Assembly: GCA_030704615.1 (NCBI GenBank)
Contig: CM060734.1
Coordinates: 42,532,001 to 42,596,000, forward strand
DNA from: Takakia lepidozioides
Lineage: Eukaryota > Plantae > Bryophyta
Direction: 5' to 3'
Length of the DNA stretch: 64,000 nt
Shown here: piece after piece, positions 51,640 to 64,000 of the stretch
Numbering within the stretch: the first letter of the stretch is position 1
Layout of the letters: every line of letters begins with the position of its first letter
Program-made: the position numbers and the translations under genes
The notes under the pieces: generated by a model
The model's database searches: none
What the model saw: the letters and a program-made list of their open reading frames with translations, nothing else
Told to the model about the DNA's origin: nothing

Positions 51640-52160
51640 CCCCTTCCTCCACGTGGCGCCCTGCACGTCCCCGCCATCCGACGCTCTTTATTGTTCTGTA
51701 TCGCAACCCAACCCCGGTTAACTTCCCGGTTAGTAACGTCATCGTGCAAATCGTCACCGAAAACCCTGTTTTACCGTCCATTCCGGACGATAACGCAACT
51801 GTACTTCCGTCCAAGCAGTGTAAAACAGTGAATTTTGTGAATTACCGGCCCACCTAACTACCCGCGGTGACGTCATGTGCCTGTACCACGTGCAACCCGC
51901 CCTGTTGTATTTTGTACCCTAATATGTTTTTGTCTTTATACATATTATTATTCCTGGATGATACATGTGGGAGAATTATTATTATATTAATATATGTATA
52001 TATATATTGGGCCCGCTTAATACGAAATAGTTTTTGGCGAGGCCAGAAAAGTTGTCCCGGTCGGGGACAAGTGGGTCCGGTTGGATAAGGCCTGACTAGT
52101 GAGTGGATGAACCCCGGTTAGTGAGTGGATTAGTGAGTGGATAAGCGGGCCACGTCGAGG
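51640..52160. promoter_or_regulatory. Probable divergent promoter region between the AT-hook gene and the channel gene
   Basis: G-box CACGTG at ~51650 and ~51887, TGACGTCA at ~51868, site II-like TGGGCC at ~52008, between oppositely oriented genes. Confidence 0.35.
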
Positions 52161-53436
52161 GATGGCCCACCGGTTACGGGAGCGGAGCGGCAGAGCCTCG
52201 TGATGCGGGAGTCCGGACGATCCGATCTGCGTCCGTTAGCCTGACGGAGACTGACGGAGACTGACGGAGCTGGTCAGAGGAATCCCGAGAAGGAGGTGGT
52301 TGAGGTGGTTGGATTTCTCGATCGCGATGGTCTTGGAGAGTTTGGCAGCCTGCGAGGTGAGAAGCGAGAGCTATGGTAGGAGTCTCTTGGCGTTCTGTTG
52401 ATGAATGAGTGCTTTGTTGCGGAGAGATTTTCACAAAGTCGTTTCTCTTCTCACTTCTGCTTTTCTGTTCCGTTTTTTAGGGTTAGCTTTCAGTAATGTC
52501 TGCACAACCTCACTTGTTATCGGCGATATGGAGAAGTCCCAACTTGAAGAGGAGAGTAAGATCGTCGCGAGGTGATGTACGGAGGCTCATGCACTGGCGG
52601 TCCGGTCTCCCACTGGAGGGCTCGTTTGATGACGGGGTCGAGTGGTCAAGTGGGGAACCGACAAGAAGTCCGACGAGTGCGTTGTTACAGCTGTAGATGT
52701 TGATTTCCTCGCCAAATTTCAAGGTGGAGCGTACTCTGTACACATGGCAGAGAGGGAGTTAAGCACAAGGTTCGGATTCATGTGCTCCCTACTCTTCTCC
52801 CCTCCTTACTAGGTAAGTCCATTTCAAGAAACGGACCTCAGAGAATTTTAATCCATAGTCGGAATCGCACAGAAGCTTAGCCACTGGTATCATCGTGACG
52901 GTGGATTGGGCACATGTCTTCTTTTTCCCATTTGGATTAGCTTATGCTTCGGGGTTATGGAGCCTGCTCGTGTTCTGACTTGGTGCTCAATTTGGAAGGT
53001 TCCTGAAGATGCGCCCTTTGAGTCCCAGTTTTTCGTTTAGACGAAGCTTAGCGTAGATCCTTCTGTGAATCCTGAGCTCATTCGCGGGAGAGCACCATAC
53101 ATCTTTTGGCTTACAGAAGTCAGCCTCTGAGATGTCTCTGAGAAGGCTCTCCTTGAAAGACGCATCCACGTTTTCCGTCAAGGCTTGGCCTGGTTGACGT
53201 GTTTGTCTTGCCTACTGTAGTCTATTGAGGGATGATAAATTCCTAGAGATCCTCACTGCCAGAAAGAAAGAATAAACTGTATATTGCCAACAGGAAACCT
53301 AGAGAGGGCTGGCCAAATGAACTAGGTAAGAACTTAGACGTTAAAATGGGAAAAGACTAATTTCCAGGACTCCTCGGTTCACCTATTAATTACTTTTTGC
53401 ACATCAATTTGCAGATTGGTTATTGTTTGGTGAGCC

Positions 53437-56400
53437 ATGGCAGCTGAGTGTCATGATATGCAAATTCCTAAGTAATGCTTAGGCAGTTAGCTGACTACAT
53501 GTACCAAATTTTTACTTGTGCACAAGTAATACTGTTGCAACAGTGACAGCCGGGTCTGTGAATCTAGCATAGGTTGCCGAACTTCCTATCTTGATGATTC
53601 CACTGCTCAAAGCTACTGCATCACAGGCAGATCTCTCACTTACTGATGCCTGGATGCAAGAAACTCTTTTGGATTCAATGACTATGTAGAGTTGCCAATT
53701 TCGTTTTCAGAGATCTAATAGCTTTGTCCGCTTGTGTATCTTGATTGCACAGGCAAGGGGATCCAGAGGAACCCCCTGGATTCTCAAACACAAATCCAAC
53801 TCAGGAAGATTTATTGGGTCATGAGGATATCGATGGCAAATTGAAAGATCCTCCGTCACAAGAAGAGAAACTGCAGAGTGCCCTTGATGCAGTCGGTGGT
53901 GGCGGTGGAAGTTCTTCTAAGGTCGACTCTGTAGCCCAGCAAAGATGGAAACGATCATATCATACAGTTAAAAGGCTCTTGGTATGTCTCATCCACCATC
54001 ACTCTCCTTTTCTCCATTCATCACTGTCAGTAACATCAGGACAGACTTAGGGTTCTGGTTGAGCATAGCTGGTCCAAATTTGGAAACTTCAGGCACCTAG
54101 GATTTCTGCACCCGAATCATCTTCTAGATTAGATTAACACACTTTTCTTCCCAGATAGAGGATCAAGCCTGTCAAGGGCACGGAAAACCTTGTATTGAGA
54201 CTTCTGAAACTCATGTATCATTGTACATAGGAGGTCAGTTTCCAGTTTCATAAAAAAGAAGAGACACTTTTAGAGTGAATTGTCCTCGGTCCTCATTGAC
54301 CAAGGTGGGTTGTACATTTTGGCTTGCACATATCATGTTTTAAAGACCAGAAAGTAATGCAGGCACTGAGGAAGCTGGAAAGGACTAGCAAAGTAGGGAC
54401 TGGAGCAGAACTGGAGGGATATGCTCTGAGTTTTATCCCACCTAATGACCCAACAAGAAAGTACCTGTTCCGCAACTTGTACAACCAGTATCTACACCAA
54501 GTATCACTAAATTTTGTAGGCGAGGATATTTGCATTTTAACTCGCCCTGTGTCTAAAATATATGTCAATTCGTAATGAGATTTGAAGCTAATATTTTCTT
54601 TTATGTCTAGACTGAATGAATGCAGTGAAAGGGTACCTTTTACAACTGGAAGCCAGCACAATTTCCCAATCACAATCGACAGATCTTTTTGCTTCAGATT
54701 CTTTGAGGCAGTTGCAAAGCCATTCGTTGGACCTAAGGAATCATGACTAGTCAAACCACAAATGCCTGAGAGCTCAGACCTAAAAGCCTAAAAGCCTTTG
54801 GATTGGATGTCCAGTTACAACAAACATTTGTAGCTGCTCCTTGATTTCCAATCAGATGGATGGAGTATGCTGTTATGCTGATGATATGTGGCCACCTTTT
54901 GGTACTTATTTTGCAAGCTACACACAAGGGGACCATTGTGAGCCAACACCACCTTGACACAGCAGATATTACCCTCACAGCAGTTTATACGTGAGCATCC
55001 TGACTTCTAGAACTACACGTTACCATTTTTACAGGTTAGGCAGAGGAGGACTAGCATATGTAAGTAAATGGAAATTGAGGTAAAGGATTACACTAAGCCT
55101 CTCTTTTGCAGCTATAATACGCAGCCCTCAGAAGCCTGGCATGTTGTCCTTTACAGCTGAGCCTTTTGGATGCCTCCTGCAGAGTGGAGTGCGTACTACG
55201 AATATTGACATTGGGTTTGATTAGAGGGCCTCATACATATCTAAGGAACAACTACAACAAGCTTGATTTCATCATAGTTGTTGACTCTTGGTACTTGGGC
55301 TTCCACCTTACTCGAGCTAATGGCCAGCACTTATGCATTTCACTTATCAAATATTGTCTAAGCTAGCTGGTCATCATTGAGTGTTAGGAAAGTAGGAACT
55401 ATTCCCATAAATTTTAGTTTAGGTAGTAGAAAGTGGAGTCATTTGTGACAATGAGAGGGACCAGAGTCTCCACATTGGTGAGGTGCAAGTCTGCTATCCT
55501 GGTAGAAATCATTGAAGACTGGTGTTTCTGTCAAAACTCATCCTGTGTCCATTGCAGGGTCCATATTTACAAGAGAGCTAAAGGAGATGATTTATTCTTC
55601 CGCTTTGCTGCGCTCCGTGCATTTCGAGCCTTGCTGGCTCTCCGCCACTATTCATTCTTCGCCAGTGTCATTGTATGCCAAAGTCTCACCTCTCCAACCC
55701 AGTCTGCCTTTCTACTTCTGGTGGCATAACACTGAAATCAATGCTTGTACTCTGCCATGGGAATCAGTTTAGCCTCAGGCCTCCCCAAGGTCTCTGCGGA
55801 AATGGCTGGGGGAAACAGACCAAAAGAGTTGACTATGTAAGCTAAAACGAGCACCAATTAAGAAGGGTTCCCCCTCCCCCATCTGAGGAAGTTGAAACTT
55901 GAGCTGGCTGAGAAATTGATTACATCTGATGTGTTTTGAAACTTATTAATGACATCCTACTTCACAATTGCACGAGTAGTTTAGTCAGAATCTGGAAAAC
56001 ATACTCAATTTTTGGAGTGAAATAACCTACATCTTATGGATACTTTCCTGGGTTCTTCACCAGTTAAGGCTTCCTGTGTCTTGAGCTGCACATACGACTG
56101 GTGGCACAGATTTGCAACTCATTTAGAATATTTTCGTAGAGAGACTGTCCATGGTTTCCCTTGTGGTATGAACGTTTTGTATTACATTTGCTGGAAGACT
56201 GCCGTGTCATATGATGATTAGGAGCTCAATTTTGAGACAAGTGACCTTCACTCTTGCAGGCTATCATGGCTGCAATCAAGGGTAGTCTGGCTCCACTTGG
56301 AAATGTCATTGTCTTCATTGCTGTTATCTTATCCTTCTATGCTCTTGTTGGCGTCCACTACTTCGGTGGTACCCTAACTGCCAGGTAAATGACATAGGCT

Positions 56401-59400
56401 GTACTTTTATCTCGCATGTGTCAAGAAAAGCGGTATGATCACAGAGAGCGCATGCTACCCTGAGAGAGAAGGGCAGAAAATCTTTTTGTGGGGACCTTGT
56501 GTCGCTAGAATTCCTTCAAAAGTCTTGGCAGCTATTTCCTTTAGGCATATACATCCATTCCACGCACTATCACAGCCTTACGAGTCTTTGATGCTTTGTA
56601 TATTATCTGCAAGAGTCCTTGTGCAGGTGTGTCCGATCTACAGATAACCAAATGTCGTACATGTATGAATCTTGCTCAAATGGGAGCCACGGGCAAACTT
56701 GTGATAATGATTCCACTATATTCGGTGGATCACCAGGACTTCAGATATGTAATGAGGTCAGCTAATTTCATATCTTTCGTGACTAAGAGTGGTTGCCTCG
56801 ACCTATTTGATGATCAAAGGCGTCATAATGTAGGTACATAGCATCATATTTAGCAAGTAGAAATACACACACACACAGTACTGACTGCACATTCATTGAC
56901 TCAGAGTACCGAGTGATACTGACATAGGTCATGTGATCTGCACTCAATTTCCACAATCTACTTGCTCAAGAGCCGATCTAATAAGTATGATCGTATCGCC
57001 TCCTTCGTCCTCGTTACAAGCTTATGCAAATGATCATCCTTCTTATGGGATCTATCAGAAGTGATGACCGCGAATATAAGGATTTCAGGATCAAAGGCCC
57101 GAAACGCTGGATATGGTAGAACATCAAAAGTTTGATATTCCAATAGGCCTAAGACGGGATCATTCCCAGGTGGGATTCTTGGCCTAAGCAAATTTATCAT
57201 GGTTGCAGACTTATGGTAACCCTAACTGGGGAGCGACAAGTTTTGACAATTTTGCGGTTGCTATTCTCACCCTTTTCCAGGTACAAAATCACGCTATCCA
57301 TGACTTCGATCAGACTTTCTCTTATGATCTGCACTTGTTCCGCACCATCTCGATGACAATCAACTTGTGTTTTTTGTACAGGTTATATCGTTCGAAGGAT
57401 GGGCTCTAGATATGTACTTGGTTTCTGATGCTTCCACCAAACTTGCAAGTTCGTGTGCCCAACTCTCTCCCAAGTTTTTCAAACTATTGTAACCCTAATC
57501 TTGGTAGAACAATTTTTAAGAAATAAAAATAAAGGAGATGGAGGCCCTGATGTCATATTTAGAGGAACAGGGAAATAATAATAATAATAATAATAATAAT
57601 TTAATTTATTATTTTAAAAAAAGGAAACCTGGGAGCGACTGCTCACAATTCAGGCCCTTGAGGAGGGGGAAAAATTAACCTCCTTTCAGATAAGCCATGA
57701 GGCACACAGGTGGGAAACATCACCACCAGATTAACCGGTCACGATCAATCCATACACCGCACAGGGCAGCGGGTTCGAACCCTGAACCACCAGGGCGACA
57801 CACTGTGCACTTACCAGCTGAGCTACCAGCCGATGTGCAATAATAATAACCATGTGAGAAGGCCATGGAGGCGTGTCCGGCCTCCTAGGGCAAAAAAGGC
57901 AATATATGCATGTATATATATATATATATATATTCACCAAAAGTGAATGAGGTATTCATGTGTAGAGCTTTCTAAAAGGATATATATATATATTTTGGAT
58001 GTTTGAGTATGTGTGGATGTTCTCTTAACATGAGTAAAATTTGTCTTTTGCAGAAATATATTTCATGCTTATGATTATCATTGGATCCTACTTCCTTGTG
58101 AATATATGTATTGCGGCTATTAGTAGTGTTTTTCTCAGAGTTAGACAAGAGCATCAGGTTGGTATACAACTATTCATATTAACTGATTTCAACTTTCGAT
58201 CCCGACAAACAAGCTTTTAGAGCTCATATAATACATACACACATACGAACTTTTTTGCTTATTAAATGAATGTCATATCATGCAATCAGTCAGCATGGAG
58301 ATTGTTGATCTATGAACAAATAACTTGGATGCAACATCAGGTTCTTTTGAAGAATTACAAGCAGGAGGAAAAGTTTTCATTTGCCAATGCCATCACATTG
58401 GCCAAAGTTCTTAAGGATGATGCCAAACCGACATGGAAGGACGTGTGTGGGCAAAGGTCACAACAAGTATCCAGGAACGTCTCAAATTTTGTTCGGCAAA
58501 GTACTATGGGGCTCAAGAAGTCATTCACTGTAAGTGCTTCTTTCCTCGGCGAGAATTCTTTCATTCGACAAATGTCGAGCAAACGAACAATTTTTGGACT
58601 CAAAGGTTGGTTGGTAAAAGATGATAAGGAGGATGAAGGTCCAAAATTGGAGCCAATTGAGAAGAAAAATTCTGGTATGAGTCGGCCTAGTTTTCTTCAG
58701 ACTGTTACAATGAATTCCCGGCACATGTTTGAAAAAACAACCACTACCACCCACATATTTGCCGAAAGCAGAGTTTTTAGATACATCGAACTAATAGCTA
58801 TTGGTGCAAATTTTATTATCCTTTGTCAGTATAAATCTGGGATGAGCACAATACTAAAGTCTCGAATACGTATCCTCTTTTATCAGATGTTATTTATGTA
58901 ATAAATTTAAATGCCATACATTGACTAGAACTAGTAAAATGTTTTTTTAAATAAATAAAATAAAATGTTATTATTGATGGTATCAATATATATGGAAAAA
59001 AATACAAAATAATGTAAGAACTTATGCAATCTCACCGTATTTTCGGTGGATTGAGGCAGCCTGGCTGGGCCATTGTCAAATCCTTCCCCATGCCCTCTTG
59101 GCCCTGATGCACTATTAAATACTTTAGAATGCAATAGCTAGTTTGTAAGGGGAGTAGCCAATTGGTAAGGCGATAGTGGCGGGGTGCCGGGTTAAGGTGT
59201 CTAGTGTAACCCCAGGTCCATGTAAACCCTGGTTGGTGTAACCCTTAGTAGTATCACCCTTGTGTCCTCTTAGTCCATTTTATACTTAGCCAATTTCGGA
59301 CTAGGTCAAATTTCGATACCAAGTACGAATTATACTAAGTGCAGACACTCCCTTCAGTTCCATGTAACTCTTGAGAGAGCCGAAAACCAACCTAGCTTTG

Positions 59401-62400
59401 TGTTAGAGATTCGACGTTTGCATTAACCCTTAAGTTCCCAAGCGACCTGAATCGGGTCACTTTGAATTTGCAGTTTCGACCTAATTTTTGCAGATCTAAT
59501 CTGATGGGGCCCACTCCTGAAGCTTTAATGACAAGGGATTTGTCTCGAGTATGATGCAGAAAACAAAATTAAGAAAAAAACAAAAGCTACGGCCTACAAA
59601 AAATATCTTAGATTTCTCATTTACGTTTTGGGGCCTGAAAAGGGCTTGTTGTGGCAGGTTAACAAGCCCAAAACAGATTGCACTCCAAAGGTCATTTTTG
59701 GCAGAAAATTAGCAATTTTGGAAAAAGCACTTCACCTTGTGGTGTGTGAGCATTACATACACACATCCACCATTGGCTTTTAGAAAATTTGTAGAAAAAA
59801 AAAGTACTTCATTTGGAGGCACATTTGCTCTCGTCAATTTTGGGATTTCAACCCCCCATGTAATTGCATGAATAGCAACCATAGGTGACAAAATCAGTTG
59901 GATGTGCGATTTAGTAGGGTCATAGCCACTCCACTATTGATTTGGAAATGGTGGGTCTTGGGGCAAGCAAAATTGGATAAAGCTAGGTTTTGATTTGGTC
60001 AAACCAATTTCTTTCTCACTTTTTTCTTGGGACCTGATATTTGAGGGCCGGGCCAACGGTATAATCTCACAATTTCCACGGCGGACTTGGCTCATTTTTT
60101 GGTATGTCATGCATAAATGAGCTAGGTCCACTGCTATAAGGCTGGAATCTCCGGATGATTTTTGGTAGGTTTCTAGGGGCAATTTACTGCAGCTGGGTAC
60201 CCAAAATTGGTAAAAAGTCAAAGAAGGGCTTGGGAACTTGAGGGTTAAGTTCTGACATTATTCTTAGTTTCTCCCAGATATATTAGGTTATTTTTATCTT
60301 TATTCAATCTATTTGGGGCTTTTCCCTTGAAAAATAAAAAGCATATTATTATTATTAATAATTCTATATGTATGTTTAAGTATATATATATGATGGAATG
60401 TTCTATTTGTATTCTTATCTTTTGAGAAATCAAGATAATACATTTGTTTTAATGGGGTGGAGGATGGTACTTAACTGTGATGTTTTCATCTATATTATTG
60501 AGTTTTTTAAGAGAATAGACAGATGCTCTGGAGAATGTCATGCTTGTAATTTTTATATTCGAGATGCTCATACGAGCTGCTGCAACTGGATGGCCAACAT
60601 ATAAGAGTGATGGTTAGTACATTTTTATTTTATGTTATTTATTATTCTATTTTAACCAATATATATAACATAGACAACTCCATTTTCCTGGTTGTTTGTG
60701 TATTTTAATGTCTAAATCACTGCAATGATTTCTCTAGTGTAGTTTCAAATGTAGAACAACACATATACAAGCATGAGTTATGATACTACGTTTAATACAC
60801 ACCTTGCTATATATCTTTGACATCTAGTCAGCTGCCCTTCACCGGCGTAAAAAAAACCTAGGAAACCTAGTCATCACCTTAGGAATTCGGTAAGGCCCTA
60901 GTTGTCTTCCACCCAGCGTAAGGTACGTCCTCATGTCAAGATGAAACTCCCAGAAGAAGGTAACGATTTTAACAAAGGGAATTTCTAGGCGATGTTTTAC
61001 ATGTGGATATCACATATCATAACATGCTGAATATTACCTCATTACAATATATTTATATCGATTGTTGCCGATATCCTGTACCTCTACAGTGATGAATTTA
61101 CTAGATGTAGTGGTGGTAGTTATATCTCTTGGAGCTGTTGCATCACATGGAAAATTCCCAAATTTGTCAGTCATTAGACTATTGCGTTTTTTCCATGATC
61201 CGAAAGCAAAAGTTATTGCTACAAAGATCAGTTACTCTCCCTTGGTTAGTATTGTTCTCTTATGTTCATTTAATTCTGAATCACAATTTATCAATCATAA
61301 ATTTTGTTTTAAATGCACATTTGATGTACCATTTGTTTGTTGATTATAATCAATTTCATTACACGTATGGTGATCACTGATTTATATTGTCATGACATTA
61401 TAGGCCATATGTATTCGAAGCATTAGAGGATTGGGAAGTTTGTTATTCTTTTATGTGATCATACTTGTTGTGTTCGGGATCATTGGGATGGAACTCTATG
61501 GTGGTCAATTTGATAATTTTCCTGAAGGTTATCCTCGTGAGAATCATGATACAATGTCATCCTCAATGCTTACTTGGTATACTGTTACCACTGGCGAAAG
61601 TTGGGTTGATCAAATGTGGAATGCTATGCGACCCGGCGTACGAAATAGGTACTAATTCTTAAGATCTTATGGTAATATATAAAATATTTTATAGTTATTT
61701 AATTATTTTAATGAATAAAAATATAATTAAAAAATTACACGATGCTAGATAAATACTAATATATATTACTATATAGTGAATCTGAAATTAATGTATAATT
61801 TTATAGAAATAATCAGGTAGAAAAAAAATAGAGTTCAAAACTGTTAAATTATAAGTTAAATACTCATTAATAATCCGTATATTTGATATTGTCATTTCTA
61901 CTCTTATCATGACATTAAAATTATATTCGTCATGATGTAACAGGTGGATTTCACCATTTTTATTTGTGTTTTACTACATTATTAGTGCATATGTGATTAT
62001 CAATCTTATCATTGCTGTTCTCCTTGAGAACACGGAGCTCACAGATGATCAAAAGAAGCAAATTCAAAAGGTACATCTAACTCAAATTAATTAAGTGTAC
62101 TCAACATATGCATCAGAAGTAGGTAGACCAATGACGGTTGGGAGTTAGTGTCGGGTGCATAATCCAAGTGATCTAGGATTCAAAGTGTCCACAAAAGTAG
62201 ACGTGAGGATGAAGAGACACCATAACTTACTCTTCCTTTAGGAGTCATCTTTCCTTCCTACTCGTACATTACTATCCAAGTAAGGTATTAATGTAAAATA
62301 TTTCTTTAAATATTTTATATGATATTAAGTAATTTTTATATGGGATTAGAAATCAATTTCTACTATAAAATAATTATGTTCAACCTCAAAACAAATGTTA

Positions 62401-64000
62401 CTTCGTTGTATTCGACAGCAAAAACAGCTCAAAATTTTACAAGTACATCCAAGAAGGACCAAGTCTAGAAGAGGAGATTGGCTGATTGGAGCAGTAGAAG
62501 GGACCCAAGTTAGAGTCAAAAAATTATCTAACAAATTGAACGCCAATAAAGATGTGAAACGTATTAATATTCCTACAAGTCAAAAATCTCAAGAGGCTCA
62601 TGAAGGACAAACTGATGGTATTCCCAGCACACGAGTCCCTCGTGCTAATGCTACTTTGTTTACAACTCCTTCAAGTGCCACCAACCTTGAAATTCCAGGT
62701 ATTACAAAAGGAGAATGTATATGTATTTATATAGAAAAGGGAACACAACACATATTATGTGTCAAAAGGTATCCATGAGATTTTTATTTCTCATTTCAAA
62801 AAAGCTTCTAGCTGGACCGCACGACCGTTCTTTCAATTTTTTTTAAAATACAAAATGCATTGTTGGTTTGTTCAAGCAAAACATGTACCTCTTGGCTCAG
62901 GATTCCTATAAGTCTAATATTAGACTCTCAAAACTGCACTTCATTGAATGTCATGCCACTTACTCTCTATATAATATATATTCTCCAGATCTAAATAAGC
63001 CACAAGATATGGAGGACGATATTAAACAATCCAAACCAAGATCACCAGCTGGAAAAAAAGATACAACTAAATCAACATCATATTCAGCCCAATCTGTTCA
63101 AAGAAAACATCGGATCTCATTTATATTATCTGATTATGAAGGGATAGAAACAACATACAAGGAATCGCCATGGTACTTGTCTGATTCAAAATCCCTATTC
63201 ATATTTTCTTCAAATAGCACCTTGAGGAAGGTGCTTGCGATTATTGCTGAAAACATTTGGTATAATCGTTTTATGATGTGTTGTGTACTGGTTGCTATTG
63301 TTGCATCCATGAGAATTGATTCTATGGGTTATATCACCCCTGAGGGTTTGGCAAAATTTGACAAATTTCTTCTAGCGGTAAGTATTTTAATTTAACACTA
63401 GAACAAAACACATTGCATATTATATAATATTATAAAACTATAACTAATTAGTAATCAACTAATAAATTAAAAAAATGTCAAATGTACTTCAATTAGGACA
63501 AAGCGGTTGTGGCCTATTTATTTTGGCATCTTTGCTGACCATATCATGTGGGTATGGGGTTTAGCATATATGCCTCATGGCTCACATTATTCTTTACCCT
63601 TAGAAAAGACAGAGTCCCTGAATTGTGAGGTGTCGCTCCCAGTGGCAGGTTTCATTTTCAAATTAAAATAAAGGTTTCCTATAATATATTAGGTAATAAC
63701 ACATTATTAAAATTTATTATATATTCCAAAACTAAAAAAATGTTGGCATGTGTTTGTTAATATGCAGGTTTTCACATATGATGTTATATCAAAATGCATA
63801 GCATATGGGGCTATTTTTACACCTGAAGCATACCTTGGTGATCCATATAATATTATTGACGTTCTTAATCTTATATTTCATTTTATGAGCTTGAAAAATA
63901 GTCCGGAAAAATATGCTCACAATGCACACATTGTAAATGCAATGCGGACTACACGAGTCATACACCGCATTGCAGGTTTACGATTATTGGTTTCTACTGT
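53437..64000 (+). CDS. Multi-domain (Cav/Nav-like) voltage-gated cation channel alpha subunit, 5' part; continues beyond window
   Basis: ATG at 53437 splices in phase to the exon at 53753. Domain I: VECVLRILTLG...YLRNNYNKLDFIIV, S4 FAALRAFRALLALR, pore GATSFDNFAVAILTLFQVISFEGW. Domain II: S4 NLSVIRLLRFF, pore NHDTMSSSMLTWYTVTTGESWVDQMWNAM, S6 INLIIAVLLEN. Domain III start: SLFIFSSNSTLRK...IKCIAYGAIFTPEAYLGDPYNIID, AMRTTRVIHRIAGLR. Confidence 0.9.
57600..57831 (-). mobile_element. tRNA-derived SINE-like insertion in a channel intron
   Basis: The minus strand reads GGCTGGTAGCTCAGCTGGTAAG (A box) ... GGGTTCGAACCC (B box), followed by a non-tRNA body and a T/TTA-rich tail. Confidence 0.6.

Noticed and set aside
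57765-57831. Functional tRNA gene
   Set aside because: A and B boxes are present, but I cannot fold a proper acceptor or anticodon stem, and it continues into a body and tail. A SINE fits better.
59149-59200. tRNA-like start GGGGAGTAGCCAATTGGTAAGGCG
   Set aside because: No recognisable B box or cloverleaf follows; too weak to call.

Overview
This is eukaryotic nuclear DNA with GT-AG introns. PLS-type PPR fragments, a Tcn1/Tf-like chromovirus and a multi-domain voltage-gated channel point to a non-seed land plant, probably a bryophyte (inference). Bases 1-40.6 kb are a stack of nested transposons. (i) 1-~12.28 kb: a Mutator/MULE-type element. It has a decayed DDE transposase on the minus strand and a divergent multi-exon gene fusing a ParB/Srx-like domain (WDGNHR) to a beta-class N4C/N6A DNA methyltransferase fold. 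It also carries a third unknown ORF and about 40 copies of the 22-bp palindrome GGAAATGCGG-YR-CCGCATTTCC. These copies form a strictly 53-bp-phased array, a second array ending in a 32-33-bp period, and single copies in three introns of the ParB-MTase gene. This is the candidate novel system: a ParB/parS-like or VANC-like self-recognition and DNA-modification module in a plant transposon. (ii) The right arm of a CACTA element carrying PPR fragments. (iii) A self-priming-type chromovirus with an inversion inside gag. (iv) A Ty3 element carrying a C5 cytosine methyltransferase remnant and a PHD finger. (v) An L1-type LINE split by a complete 12.7-kb CACTA (TIRs plus CAT TSD). Its TnpA-like gene contains an FCP1/NIF HAD domain, and it has captured RPS3a and PPR fragments. 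Bases 43-64 kb hold host genes: a Gfo/Idh/MocA oxidoreductase (7 exons), a small AT-hook protein, and the 5' part of a Cav/Nav-like voltage-gated cation channel. All domain calls come from motif recognition by eye; no searches were run.
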